Assembly: GCA_053919585.1 (NCBI GenBank)
Contig: CM132819.1
Source of the DNA: Euprymna scolopes
Taxonomy: Eukaryota
Direction: 5' to 3' (one strand)
Length of the DNA: 64,000 nt
Shown here: positions 41,658-55,270 of the stretch, piece by piece
How the letters are laid out: each line of letters begins with the position of its first letter
Position numbering within the stretch: the stretch's first letter is position 1
Program-made: the position numbers and the translations under genes
Notes under the pieces: model-generated
The model's input: only the letters and a program-made list of their open reading frames with translations
Databases searched by the model: none
Told to the model about the DNA's origin: nothing

Positions 41658-42005
41658 TATAAAGGTGCAATGCCGATTAGAACATTAGATATATAAAATG
41701 AGTACTTGTATACAGGTATGTGTGTGTGTTTAAAACATTGATATTCGTAAAGAAAATTGTGCACTCGAAGTATCGGTAATGCGCATGTAAGCATTAAGGT
41801 AATAAGTTCCTTTTTATGGCGAGCATAAGAGTAAGAGCTTGTAACTGCCGAAACGGTCGGATTTTGAAACCTCGACCTGAAATACACAACATGTGGAAAC
41901 ACAGAGCGATAATATTACAAAACAATTGTCTGTATGACATGTGTATAGACAATAAAGAAAACATATTTTAATTACGTTTTCCCGTTTTTAACGAGTTAAA
42001 ATGTC

Positions 42006-42009
<4 letters not shown>
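41658..42009 (-). repeat. ~350-bp dispersed repeat, copy 2
   Basis: Aligns by eye along its full length with 39533-39882, with scattered substitutions and small indels. Also abuts (AT)n. Confidence 0.85.
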
Positions 42010-42043
<34 letters not shown>

Positions 42044-42044
<1 letters not shown>

Positions 42045-42524
42045 TAGCAGGCCGCCCGGCATTGCCCGATCGTAAAATACGCTAAAATATGATATTTTGA
42101 TTAATGCCGATTTCTTATTTATTACATTGGACCTAATATATAGTAACGATTTAAAAGTAAAAAAAAAAAAATAACTCGTGCGCCACCACCGAGAATTGAG
42201 CCAAAACGTTTAGCTTACGATTAACTTTTCCTTTGACGTTAATGCCTGAGCTATCAACAAATGTTTGCTACAAGACTAAAACTTAGAACATGAACCAATA
42301 GCTATTATGTTATGCATGCATATTCGTAATGCAGTCGTTCGATATTCACCTAACAAATTCTTTTTTTCATTTTCACTTTTGCATCGATGTCCCCAGGCTA
42401 AAACTCAAATATAAAGTTTCGCATGGATTCGAATACCATATACATTAATTTTCATGCCCGTAGACCAAAACCTGACAGGAGTTTGGTAGTCAAGATTTTT
42501 TAAGCAAGAATATATACACATAGA
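42044..42524 (-). mobile_element. Complete non-autonomous Helitron (481 nt)
   Basis: Minus strand reads A|TCTATGTGTATATATTC ... cgggcaatgccggg (hairpin) cggcctgCTAG|T. This gives TC 5' end, CTAG 3' end, subterminal hairpin, A|T target and no TSD. Confidence 0.75.
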
Positions 42525-45500
42525 TAAATACAGATAAAAAGAGGTTTGTGTTTACTATAACCTTTTTACACAAATATTATTCAAGTATAAATCATGTAGA
42601 ATATCTAAATTAATATAATTACAGGTAACTAAAGATGACCATCCCTTGAGAAAACCGAAAAAAAACTAATCGGGAATTAAGTAAAATGATTATTTAAAAG
42701 AAATATGCAAATTAGCTAGATCTTTTGGAGAGGAATTCAATTTCACGAGCCATATGTAAGAAAGTTGTATTTTCCTTTTAATAAATAGAAAAAAAGGGTT
42801 TTAATGTAAATATAAATACACACTCCCCAAAATTTATAGGAGTATATATATATACTTTTTTCTTTTCATTTATCGTTTTATATGTATGAAAAATTTAAAA
42901 AGGAAAATCGAAATTTTTAAATATTTTCATTGACGTTTTGTCGATGATTACCCAATGTAAGACGGTGTTTACACTAGTATATATAAAAGTCTTTTCCAAA
43001 GCAAATCTACAGATTTTTATTTACCATCTGAGCTTACACGTACACAATGTTTTTCTTTTTTCTTTTGTAATCTTTAAACTTGTTAAAAGACATGAATAGC
43101 AGTCTTGAATTGAAAGGGCAAAGAAAATCACGGGAAAGGTTAGGAGAACGCTCTTACAAAAAAACTAATTCTCTACCAAGTTTGGTATTACATAATAGAA
43201 TGAGGAATCGCTAAGGTGAACTATTTATCGTAGAATCTTCTACTGTCACCCTGGTTCCTTTTGTGAATCACCTTGACATTCACAACGACGATCTTGATTG
43301 GGCACATTCATGGACTCAGCTTGGGGAAATAGACTTTGCAACCATTGAACACTTGCTTCCAAAGCAGATGCTTATGTAAAATAGGGAGAAATTAACACTT
43401 TACAGAGAAGGTGAAAAGTCTGGTTAAGATGGATGGTGGAGGTAGCACCCGGAAGAGGATTTGTGAATAAGGTTTTAGGGGAAAAACGGATAGTTGCTCC
43501 TCTTTTTTTTAAATTGGCTTTACTTGCGTCTAAGACTAATCGGTGGTTTAACTTCCTGGCCTCTGGACCTTGATAAAAAAAGTGTAGTATCCTAGGCGGT
43601 GATGAAAAATTCTCTTTAGTGCAATTTTTATTTTTATCCTATTCAGAATGCCTCTTTATTTAAGAGCTGGATACAACTGTGTTTAAGTTTTTCTATTCTA
43701 AAACACGTAAATAGCGGTCAATTGATTGTTATACTAGCAATCAATATATAACGAAAAAGATGCCTCAGGAATATGTTAAAAAAAAACAAAAAAAAACTCC
43801 AAGAATTAATGAAAGACTGTATAAAATAATTACATAAACACAGCAATTCCACTTTGACTACATTCAAAAAGTAATTTGTCTAATTCATCCCACATTGCCA
43901 AATTCCATCCCTTCCGCAATGTTGCATCCTTGTGTATGTTTTTTTTTTTCATACAAGCAATTCAATAGAATGTGCTCTTATGAATTTGTTTCTCTGATGC
44001 CCTACTCGTCATAAATATCCACCTTACCAATCCAACGTCAGCTAATATTCTAGTTTTATTTCTTTTTTTTCCAAGGAAATTTCAACCACTGACATAATTG
44101 CTCAATTATATATAATATATATCTGGATAACTGACGAAAGCTACTGTTGAGGCCAGGACTGTATAAGGCAACAAAACTGTTACCACTCTTGGTTGCCATC
44201 ACACGTGTACATGTTAATTCTTGCACGTGTTAAAAAAATAAGGATATTCCTGTAATTGACTTTCATAATTTGATATTTGAAAGAAAAAGCCAACAGATAG
44301 TAGGTAAAAATTTCCAATCTTACAATTGGAAAAAAAGGCTACACATTTTGAATACACAGTATAGTTATTAAAGTCTAATCCAACTGATCGGATTAAAAAA
44401 AAAGAGGAATTGCCAATATCATTTTTACGTTATGTGATAACTTTGAGGTTTCTTCAGCAGCACATACGGACATTTCAATATTTTTTTTAGAGTAAAATCC
44501 GAGAGTAGAATCCAAAGTCGTCCAGAGATGAAAAAAACCCACATACATATTAAAGTAGCAAACTATCATTTTCATTAATTTTTGTATAGCTAGCTGAAAC
44601 ATATCAATGTTAGTTTGTGTTATCTATATAACATTTCTTGACCATTTGTTATTCATAAATTAAATCCGACAACAATGCTAGATTTATTATTAATCAAACT
44701 CATTGGCTTAAAAGTTGATTCCTTAGGTATTCTGGTTCAAATAAATGAAAGTAACACATTCGAAAATGTATCTAAACGTTTAGAATAATCCATCAAATAA
44801 ATGTAGGAATAAAGAAAGGTTCTTAGAAAAGAATACATGCAAATAAAAGTGGGTGGTTAAGTATATGGAAAAGGTGGCGACCGAATTTACCCTTTTCAGG
44901 TCGCGTTTTTCACTATACAGCTTTAAAAAAGATCAATGGCCCCATGCACAGAAGAATAGCTCTTCGTGCTTTACATCAACGCTCACAGCAACAGGCTTGC
45001 CCGCTGTTCTTGCAAAAGAAAGGGAGAAAACAGTTTACTTAAACGAACAAACAAAAGTAGGCTTTGTACATCCTAATGGTGTCCATGATGGAGAGCCAAT
45101 TCTTTGCTTGGCGCAACAAGATGAGAGTAATTCAGGCCATTCTGAGAAGGTCAGACGGATTTTTAGTTTGGATTGATCATCCCCCTTACCCGACACCATA
45201 ACCAATCCTATTTGGGGGTGGGAAGGATTTCGGGTTTTGATCAACGTGTGTATAAAGAAAAATGCCGCCATTCTGTTTTTGTGAAAATACGAACAAATAA
45301 AGGAATTCAAGCTAAAATGGTCGACTGATTCGCGGCATTTCTTGTTCTTGAATGGGACGAATTGCAAAAAAAAAAAAAAATAAAAAAATAAAACTACTGG
45401 CAGCTGTACTTGCCGCAGGTCGATGTACATACCAACCATCCAAAACCTAAAAAATTAAAAACATAACTTGCAGGATTAATGTTGAACACCATCAGGGACT

Positions 45501-45576
45501 TAAATCTTCTGGTTAAGCTAAATTAACAAGTGGAAAGTCTAGCAATTGGTATACAGAGGCTAAGCATATATATATA

Positions 45577-45792
45577 TTTTCTGATAAACACCGCTTGTCA
45601 ATTTCAGAAGTCAGAAGCTGCCATCAAGTAGATATCAGGCTTAACTGAGACAACGATGCTGTAAAACACACACACACACGTGTGTGTGTGTGTGTGTGTG
45701 TGTTTTACAGCATCGTTGTCTCAGTTAAGCCTGATATCTACTTGATGGCAGCTTCTGACTTCTGAAATTGACAAGCGGTGTTTATCAGAAAA
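45577..45792. repeat. Perfect inverted repeat: 90-bp arms around a (CA)n/(TG)n centre
   Basis: 45577-45666 is the exact reverse complement of 45703-45792. The spacer cacac...cacgtgtg...tg is itself partly self-complementary. Confidence 0.97.
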
Positions 45793-47900
45793 CTTATCTA
45801 TTATATCCTAAGTCGGATGCTATTTTGTGGGGGACAATTAACTATTATTTGATTATTAATACATAAAATTGAACTAATTTTTATAATTGGGAATTTTTCC
45901 GAAATCTGTTTACACATTTTTTTCCATATTAATGAAATTTATAAATATGAAAATGATGTTTTTTTTTTTCAAACGCCGGAAGCCATTACCAAGTAGACTG
46001 TTTCAAGTATTGTATAAACCACCCGGTCTTTCCAAATAGTAAAAATTGAAATATGACATTTGGGTTTTGCACAGATAAGCATTTGAGAAGTGACGGATTG
46101 GAAGACATGCACCTTTGCTTATATAATATGGATGCTCGGTGTTGCCCAGGGGCGTGAACAAAATTAAAGACATAAAAATCGTGGTACCATCTTTCTTTTG
46201 AAATATCTGCCTTTACATCTTGATTGAAGAGAAAAGAGTTATTACACGTCCTAACCCAAAGGTCAAAAAAGTGTTATTTACTATAATAAAGGTTTCACTC
46301 TAGTGGTCATCAATTGTCTGAAAACTTTCTACTCTAATAGCTTATTTCCTCAAATGTCCTGTGGAAGTGTAGATGTAACGACTGCACTTCTTTGAGTGTA
46401 AATTCTTCGGACTGGACAAAAATCAGACTAAGAATAATACTTATATAAAATTCGACTAACTCTTGGAATTTAAAATTTTTTGTGATAAAAGTTCCATTAC
46501 TGTTCGAACGCACCTCGTATACACACACACACGCACACACACACGTATGAGAACACAAACACACATGTATGCATAATTATGCATGCAAAAAACATAAAAC
46601 ATGGGCATATATGAATTTAAAGATCCGAAATCATCCTTCTTTAAAAGATGTGGATATGAAAAAGTTCAAGATGTTGAGGAATAACCTGCATTCCTATCAA
46701 CTGAAAATAGGAGTTTGAAAGAGACCCTAATTACCATGGTAACAAAAAAAAAAGAAGAAAACAGATAAAGAAAACGAGTTGATAGAAAGAGATGCTGCCT
46801 CATCACAAAGACATTGAAACTCGACTCGTATTCTAACGTTTATCATGGCGGAACATTGCTGCAAGACTTTGATGCAATGCTCTAAAAAAGGAAATCACTA
46901 AGGTTGAAGAACTAATTCATCAAATCAAAATTATTGCGATTGTGCAGAGAGAATGGTAAGGCATAAATCAGCACATTTATATACATACATACACACACAC
47001 ACACGGGGGGATTATGTAAAAAAAAAAAAAATCAAAACATTTGAGTTTTAACAATAGAATCAAAATTGACCATGAGCATTCTGATAAATGAATATTTAAA
47101 ATATATTAATATAAAATATTTTGTTTTGCTTCATTTTACGGCATGCCGACCAGAAACATTTTTTAATCACAAATAGCATATTGGATAAGACCCTGTGGGA
47201 GGGATTAATTAAAAAAAAAACATTATTTTAAGATAGTTAACGTTAATTTTTCTTGCATAGTCTTATTAAAATTTAAGTCCTTGTTTATTCATTCTATCAG
47301 CCAATTGACAGCTATTTAATTCCGGGTCCAGTTATAGTTATACTTTCTTTTCAATTATGTAATTATCGAGTTTTCTTCTATTGTTCATCTAGGATGAGTC
47401 TTCTCTTGCTGTTCATACCATATTTATACCCTGCTCTTCTCATAAAATATTCTATTTAATTCTGTTAGTGGAAGTAGATTCTATTTCATAACAGATGGGA
47501 TCCTGACAGATTCTACCATTCTAGACAGTATTTCTTAGACCAAACATGTTCCATTCATTACAACCGCATTGCCAATTTTTTATGAAATATTTAGGGGCTC
47601 AACACGGTGTATAATCAATTGATTTAGGCAAACATTTTATTCTCTAGCAAGTGCTCATTATCCTTTGGAAAGAAAAGTTTGCCCTTGACTTTATACACAT
47701 TGAGTTCTTTATAAATGCATTATTCGGTATATTTTTATATCTCGATATGATTGGATATTAAATCAGGATTTCTCTTATGATTAAAGTTGAAATTAAACTT
47801 CAATATAAGTCCTGTATAATTACACACATATACACAAAACATATCCCAGCATCAGAGTAGAAGCCAGAAAGGAAAAACAAACAAGAAATAAAAGGAAATT

Positions 47901-48121
47901 NNNNNNNNNNNNNNNNNNNNNNNNNNNNNNNNNNNNNNNNNNNNNNNNNNNNNNNNNNNNNNNNNNNNNNNNNNNNNNNNNNNNNNNNNNNNNNNNNNNN
48001 NNNNNNNNNNNNNNNNNNNNNNNNNNNNNNNNNNNNNNNNNNNNNNNNNNNNNNNNNNNNNNNNNNNNNNNNNNNNNNNNNNNNNNNNNNNNNNNNNNNN
48101 NNNNNNNNNNNNNNNNNNNNN
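47901..48121. other. Assembly gap (N run)
   Basis: Run of n. Confidence 1.
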
Positions 48122-48228
48122 AATTTATGGACGCGTAATTTACATTGAATTAAGTTTTGATTTACCTTAATTATAACAAAAGTTGCATCAATGTTCATGG
48201 CATCTGCATCATCACATGTGCCGTGTGG

Positions 48229-48500
48229 CATTGGTGATGCAAGTTATAACCACACTTTGCTTAGCTTGCCACCCAGAATGCAACGTTACTTTCATGAAAA
48301 ACAGACACCGCATCACCTCGGTGTACAACATGCACCAGCAGTCTATGATACAACGTGAGAAGCAGTGAGACCGAACATCATGGTAAGCCCATTTTCTTTT
48401 AAACAAAGAGGATGCTGATCTCCGTTATTGTCACTTTCATGATCATACTTGATGCAAGATTACGCACATGCAAGAAAAAATTCAAGTTGCATCACCAATG
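48229..48500. repeat. 17-bp inverted repeat pair, possible decayed DNA-transposon relic
   Basis: cattggtgatgcaagtt (48229-48245) and aagttgcatcaccaatg (48484-48500), one mismatch. Extra ttgcatca/tgatgcaa motifs lie nearby. Confidence 0.35.
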
Positions 48501-50387
48501 GAAAAGCAAAAGATCGATATGCAAAGAATTTGTACTGATCAATAAGGATAGACTGATCCAGCTTTATTCAGGTAAGGAAGAAGATCTAAGGTTTAGATTT
48601 ATTTCTTTTAACGATTACTAAAAACAATGTACATGGACAAACAAGTTTAACTAAAACAACTAAAAATTATTGTATTCTCTCATGTGTTTAGCAATGCAAT
48701 TCTCTTATTCAAACTTAAGATAGGCTAACCATTTGGAAACTTTATAGACTGAATAACAATCTAATATATAAAGCAAAGCCAGTCTCTTTTTCGATTTTAT
48801 CATTAACAGATTTCTTCTTACAAAACCAATATTTAATTCTGGTTTTTCATTTTTGTTAGTGAATCGTTGCAGCATGTTATTAAAAACAAAATTTCAGTTA
48901 AATAATTCCTTCCAGAATACATTTTAACGAAATTAAAACTATTCAATGGCAATGTAGCCAAAATTTGAAGCACATCTGTTATTATAAACTATCTGACTGG
49001 ATATCATGTGTGGATTTTCCTACAAATAATCGGAATTTATAAAATTAAAACAATTAAAATGGACAGTTTTTTTTTTAATATTTAAAAATAATGCATTAAA
49101 TTAAATAAGATTTTAATTGAATGAATTTTTAACGTTTGTTCTCAAACCAAGTGAAGAGAAAAGAAAAAAAAATCTATGTGTGAATATCAGTGGGAAAGTG
49201 TTTTATGATGAAATTCAAAATGTACTTTTCTAGAAAGATATTCATTGAAAAAAAAAGAAAAAAACTTAAGCGCAGTTACTCTTCACAAAAATATATTTAT
49301 TTTTTTAATAAACTTCGAAACTCAAATTAATCCAACCCTAATTATATGTACATATCCAACATAATTGTCCCAAACTAAACAGTAAGTGTATTGCATACAG
49401 TGCGATCCCTAATCAAAGAACACCTTTCATAGAAATACAAATGTACATATGAACATATTTAAAAGAAAATTGCAATTTTGTTTTAAATTTAATCAACACT
49501 TAAAACAAAAAAAAAACACTCGAGGATTAGGATTAAATGAGATGAAACGTGTGTGAGCTGAAATTGATTGATGATGACCTAAGTTTGATTATTTATGGGA
49601 CAGTGTGCAATGACTATTTGTTGACATATTTCATAAGGACTATTTTACACTCTGCAGGGAAACAGGTCCAAAGTATGGTGAAACTCTTGCAAGGCAATAC
49701 ATCCTGACGTGAAAAAGATTCCTCTTGCTGCAGTAGCAAAGCGAACTATTGCTATAAATGTCTTTCAAGCAGAAATTTTAGCTCAGTTGAGAATCTTCCA
49801 TGAATATTTGAAAAATGTTATATGCATTAATAACAACAAAACTAAGTAGAAAATTGTTAAAACTGCTTAAACATTTGAGTATTTTTTAAAGTAGCAAAAT
49901 AAAAAATGTAAAAATAAAATGTACAATGAATTGAGTGATTTGCAGGAAGAATTTTTTTTTTCGTTTTGGTGGAAGGAAAAATGGAGAATGTTCCAAGGAG
50001 AGTGAAGAAATCCAAAACCGAAGTAAAACCTAATTGATTATTATTGTTAGACTCGGATGTTTTGTGTGACAAGATGGAAAGATGGAATGTCTAAGCAGTT
50101 GCTGGAAGATTAGACATTTTTCATCTCCCAACCCCTCTTTCCCAACTCTCTCCCGTGTCTGGTAAAGATTAGGAAAAAATAGGAAAGCATCCAAATAAAA
50201 TATCCAAAACTGTATTCGGAAAAAGAGCATAATGAAACGGGTAGATGACCAAATTTGCAAATCAGACTAGAAAGAGACACACACGCATAGATAATATGCA
50301 GTTTCCCACATATGTAGATACACACATGGTTTGCACATGCAGGTATTCACACATCTGCATACATGTATACACACTAATATGGAAATA

Positions 50388-50424
<37 letters not shown>

Positions 50425-50671
50425 TTAGACAGCATTTTTTTAATTAAATAAGTTTTTATTTTAGAAAGTTTTTACTTTTTCAATGTCCAAAAAGTACTTA
50501 GTAATACCATTGGCATCCGGAAGAAGCACATATTATGCTTGCAAGAGTTAGGAGTGCATGAAGTTCAAAGAACTTTTGCCATTACGAACAGAGCATTACT
50601 GACCAAAGAAAGAATGCATCATATGTACAACAGATGGAAGTGAAACCTAACTAGTGAGAGATTTAGTCAAT

Positions 50672-50916
50672 GATACAGCCGATGCCTCCATTCAGTCTGT
50701 AGCGGCATTTGTGTGTGTAATTGTGAAGCAAGGGTTGCGAAATCCTCAACCACACCTCTCCTGAATCGGCACTATTCGAGTTCAGTGTCAAGGAAAAGTC
50801 CAGGATCACTGAAAACAATGCTGAGATTAGCGGAGAGCACATACAACACGGGGAATGACCGGATCAATGCTGCTTAACTTTGGTGATCCAGCGGAAACCG
50901 GTGAGTCAATGTGATT
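50672..50916 (-). mobile_element. Second copy of the 5S-headed SINE-like element (C-box region deleted)
   Basis: The 5S part tcaatgctgcttaactttggtgatcc...aaccggtg joins the same body as copy 1 through cggagagcacatac. Body landmarks are aaccacacctc and aaacaatgc.gagat. Confidence 0.75.
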
Positions 50917-52593
50917 AAAATGGATAAGTAATAAGAGTCCTGATACAATGGATGTGCAATAAGAGTCCTTAAGATAGGCTTAAGTCTGATGATCTGAGAG
51001 GAAGATTTAATCTAGAAAGTCTAGAAAAGGAGAGCATAAGGGAACTGATAATTTGTATATGATCTAAACTACAGATACGCACACATATGTATAATTATAC
51101 ACATGGTTTGCACACATACACATCTTTACACATGTTTAAACAAGGATGTATACATACGAATATAGAGATATGTGTGTATGTATTTAGACAGCTGATAGTG
51201 GACTTCAATGAAATATTCCAATATCTACTGATCTCATATATAGCTCCAGAAAAAGTATCTCTTGGTTTGAGATTCATGCTATAAAATAAAAAAATAAAAA
51301 CATACACTTTCTCTTACACTCTTATTGTATAGATATTTTTACATTTTTTTTTTTTTTTTACATTTTTGAACAGAAATGTATGGAGTTGAACTTTTTAATA
51401 TTGTGTTTTACAGAAAAAAGACCACTGTAAAAAAAAATCTTTAAACCAAAATGAAAACTTCCTCGTAGATATGTATAAGTCAGTTGAAGACATTTTCAAA
51501 CACCAGGAATCTACTTTTTTTTTTAGATAGAGAGAGAACAGGACGAGATGATAATGAAGCTTGTTAGCAGTAAAGTGTGAAATAAATAAAACAAAGAAAA
51601 AAAAGCATCATTTAAATATATAGTAACATACACCCCCTGCTAATAGGCAAGCACACAAAGTACAGATGTAATATTTAACCCTGGAAATGAACTTGAAGTG
51701 ATACTGGGTTTTGTGCAATACCATGTGACTGTCTAACAAGACGAGGGATAGGTAATGATGATATCAAAAAACAAACTACAGAAATGAAATCTTGCATTTT
51801 TTAGTCTTATTCAAAAAAAAGTTGTCATTTATTGTTACTTAGCTTGAAACATTCGCCACATTGGAGAGTCATAATAAAGCGAAACAACTATAAGGCATTT
51901 TTTTATTCTGTCTTTTTAATGACACATTCTAATATTGTATGCAGAATGAATGTCCAAGCTAGAAGGGGAAACAACTAAAAATCAAACTAGAGTGATATGT
52001 TTACCATTTCCTCTTCCAACCCTGATGATCCTGGAGAAAGAGATTGATTTATGTCCGGGAAACTTTTTGGAATCGGATCACGCTTTCAATATTTTTTCAA
52101 GTGAAGGGGAGTTATGCATTTGACAGCAAAAGCAGGAATTTATGTTGACCCTTCATCTATGGCCATCACCCCGCCGACCCTTACTGACTGCTACTTGATC
52201 TCATCTCATTTTTTTTTAAGGTATCAGCTAGCAGGTTTTATTTCAAGATATTTATTAACTGCAATATTATTAGTATCGCTCATTTCATAAATAATTCAAA
52301 CGCGTATCCTTACATTTATTATAATTTTTTTACATTATAACTCCTGCAGCTATCATATTCTCTCAATCCAATAAGCATTATACACTTATCTCGTCATACA
52401 GAAAATTTAGTGCATTTGTAACCGAACCTATTTTAAAAGAAAATGTTATAAAAAAATTGTATAGATTAAACCACTCATACTCAATGATTTTATACATTGA
52501 CTGACTTATTGTTTTGAGTTCTTCCGGTTTCAAACAACCATTCTGCAGAAATTTTCTGCAAAGCATTAAAGGTTTTTTTTAATGCAGTCAAAT

Positions 52594-52652
<59 letters not shown>

Positions 52653-54227
52653 AAATAAGCTTTGAATAATAAATAAATAGAAAATAAAGAATGCAGTTTA
52701 GATTCCCGGAAGGTAAAAATATTAATTTTAACCTACGCAGACCAAGCACCTAAATAATCCGATTTCTAAAAAGTTTATAATGACCAAAGAGAATTCATTT
52801 ATATATGAATGAAAAAAGAAAAAAAAAGGCCTTAACTAAAATTGTTAAATCGAAATAGACTTAGCACTTGCATAAGCCGCTTTCGCAAAAGTCTTCAATT
52901 TTAAAACAGATTTTAACTATATAAGGATGAAGAAAGAAAACTTTAATTAAAATTTTGTAAATAAAAAACGGCGATCATCAGCTGCGTACCATGTAGCCGT
53001 TTCAGAGATTCAATAACAGGGCATTTAAAATATATATATATATATATATTGGTAAAATGAATTTTTTTAACAGAACAGTTTTGCAACCTTTTTGTTAGAT
53101 TAAAATCAAGATTAAATTTATGCTTATAATTCTTACATCAATTTTGATCAAAATTCATTACAGGATTAAGATTATAAAATATAAAAAAAATTAAAGCTTA
53201 AGGAGTTTTAAGAAATTGAAATTCACTAAATCTTACTTAAACGTGACTAATACCTATGTTCATATTTGATATATTTACATTTTCAAATGGAAGACCGTAT
53301 CCCATAAAAGCGCTTCAAATAAACTGAGATTTGGGGAATATTCATGAATTTAAAATTTCATAAAAATCAGTGGTATCTGAATTCTCCCAGAGGGCTCAGA
53401 TTTTAATCCCTTTTTATAAAAGGAAATACATTTTAATACATCTCACATAGCCATGCAGTGCTGCTCCAAAATTCATAAGGATGAGTTAATTTGTCTAGAA
53501 ATGAACCCTGTACATACAAATATATGAACATACCTAATTATCTATTTATGTATATCTATATATATTTTACTTATTTACATACTATAAAGCTTACTTCAAG
53601 TGTATTTTGTTTGCGGTTGAATCAACGAGATTAGCAATTTTCATTGTGTTCATGTGTAGATGCCAACTAGAATCTCAAGTGTCGTCAAGCATTATTATTA
53701 TTTGTTGTTTCGTCTTTTGGGGATGATGCAAGACAAAACAAAAACAGATAAGACATTGACAAACATATGGACACAAGCAAATAAGACAAACATTTTTTTC
53801 ATAAACTTCAAATAAAAACACAAAATTATAACAAAAAAAGAAAATCACAAAAAAATATAAATAAAATACTCCTTAAAAGCATTTATTTATTAAAAGTCAA
53901 CTTGATTAAAAATAGAACAATTAAGATGGTTTTCTTCATCCAATTCTAATTCTGATTTCCGTTTAATATTACCAACAGTGACATCCATTGGATATACGTA
54001 TACTTGCAATGTTTGTCCTCCTTTTTGTTATGTCTCTCTTCGCTTGGCTTCTTTCTGACACTTCCTGTTTTTGTTTTACCATCGAAGTGCTTGTAGAGGT
54101 TTGTCTTAGCATCATTTAAATATAATTTTTATAGTCTATATCCTTATTGTCACTGTTGATTTAGTATTATGAATCAAGGCAGCTATGTTTAAAAGATATG
54201 GGGAAACGTAGGATAGCTTGCATTATT

Positions 54228-54440
54228 TGGATTAGAATTCTCATCAGGTTGTTTCGTCTGAACCTCCAACCCTTTTCAGGTGAATAGTTTTAATTGTGGA
54301 AACCGTTAAGATTACCAAGTTCAGAAAAAAACATCCTCCTGAATACGATTAGAGGTTAACTCAGTTGAAACGTTTTAAAAATTATAAATTATCAAAAACG
54401 AGAATAGTAATCTGAATGATCCAGATTCTTAATTCTCATC
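54228..54440. mobile_element. Further copy of the Penelope-like inverted-end repeat
   Basis: The left arm attctcatc...gtttcgtctgaacctccaacccttttcaggtg and the right arm cctgaata...gaggtt...gaaacg...gagaatagtaatctgaat mirror the arms of 14550-15005. Confidence 0.45.
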
Positions 54441-55072
54441 TTAAAATATCCGAAACTTAAATAGGCCAAGGTAATTATAAAAATGTTGACTTTTCATAAA
54501 TAAATACTTATAAAGTTTGGTAGGTTGTTGTTTCAGAATTGGTGATTTCTAATTATTTTGGATAATTTAAATGTTTTTATACGATTGTTTTTATTCAAAT
54601 GTTTTGGTTTCACCATTCTGCAGCCTTCTTCGTGTTTATAATTGTGTTATGCAGCATATCGTCTACGAACCTCATTTGGCAGGTATTTTCAGATAAACAT
54701 AATTTAGTGCATTTAATCACGTAATACTTAAAACAAATGAACAATACATTACAAAGCTTTTAAAGAAATACTTTGCATAATTACTGTAGAGTCATCTAAA
54801 GCGAACAATTCAGGGTTTAGGAGTATATATGGCTTTAACGCAAGTTTGTGAAAGTTTTATCAGTATTTCGTTCTAATATTTCTTTAGAATAAACAATGGA
54901 GAATGAAACTAATTCATTGACGTATTTTAATATCAGCTGGTATATTTCGAGTAATTTTCCGTTAAATAATTCCTTTTACTATCAGAGTAATAATAGGAAT
55001 AATAATAAATAAAAATAAAGGAGTCGAACAGAGTCGATGGTAATCAGAAGACTAAATTTTCATTATATTACT

Positions 55073-55105
<33 letters not shown>

Positions 55106-55129
55106 CACAAGCATTCTCCAAGCTTACGT

Positions 55130-55270
55130 CACTTAGCCTTGATTCTCACCTAATAATACTGAGCATTTAACAAAGGAGCGTCAAGTACCATATTTTCAGT
55201 ATCTGGTAGGACTAATGAGGATTGAACACGGGTCTCCCGCCTCATTAGTGAACACTAAACATTATGCCAA
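55130..55270 (-). mobile_element. tRNA-derived SINE fragment
   Basis: The minus-strand head is TGGCATAATGT (A box) ...gggagacccgtGTTCAATCC (B box), followed by a non-tRNA body aaaatatggtacttgacgctcc...ctcagtattatt. Confidence 0.65.

Noticed and set aside
52022-52060. CTGATGA-TCC-t-GGA-GAAA hammerhead-like string
   Set aside because: No compatible stem III, NUH and stem I combination was found.
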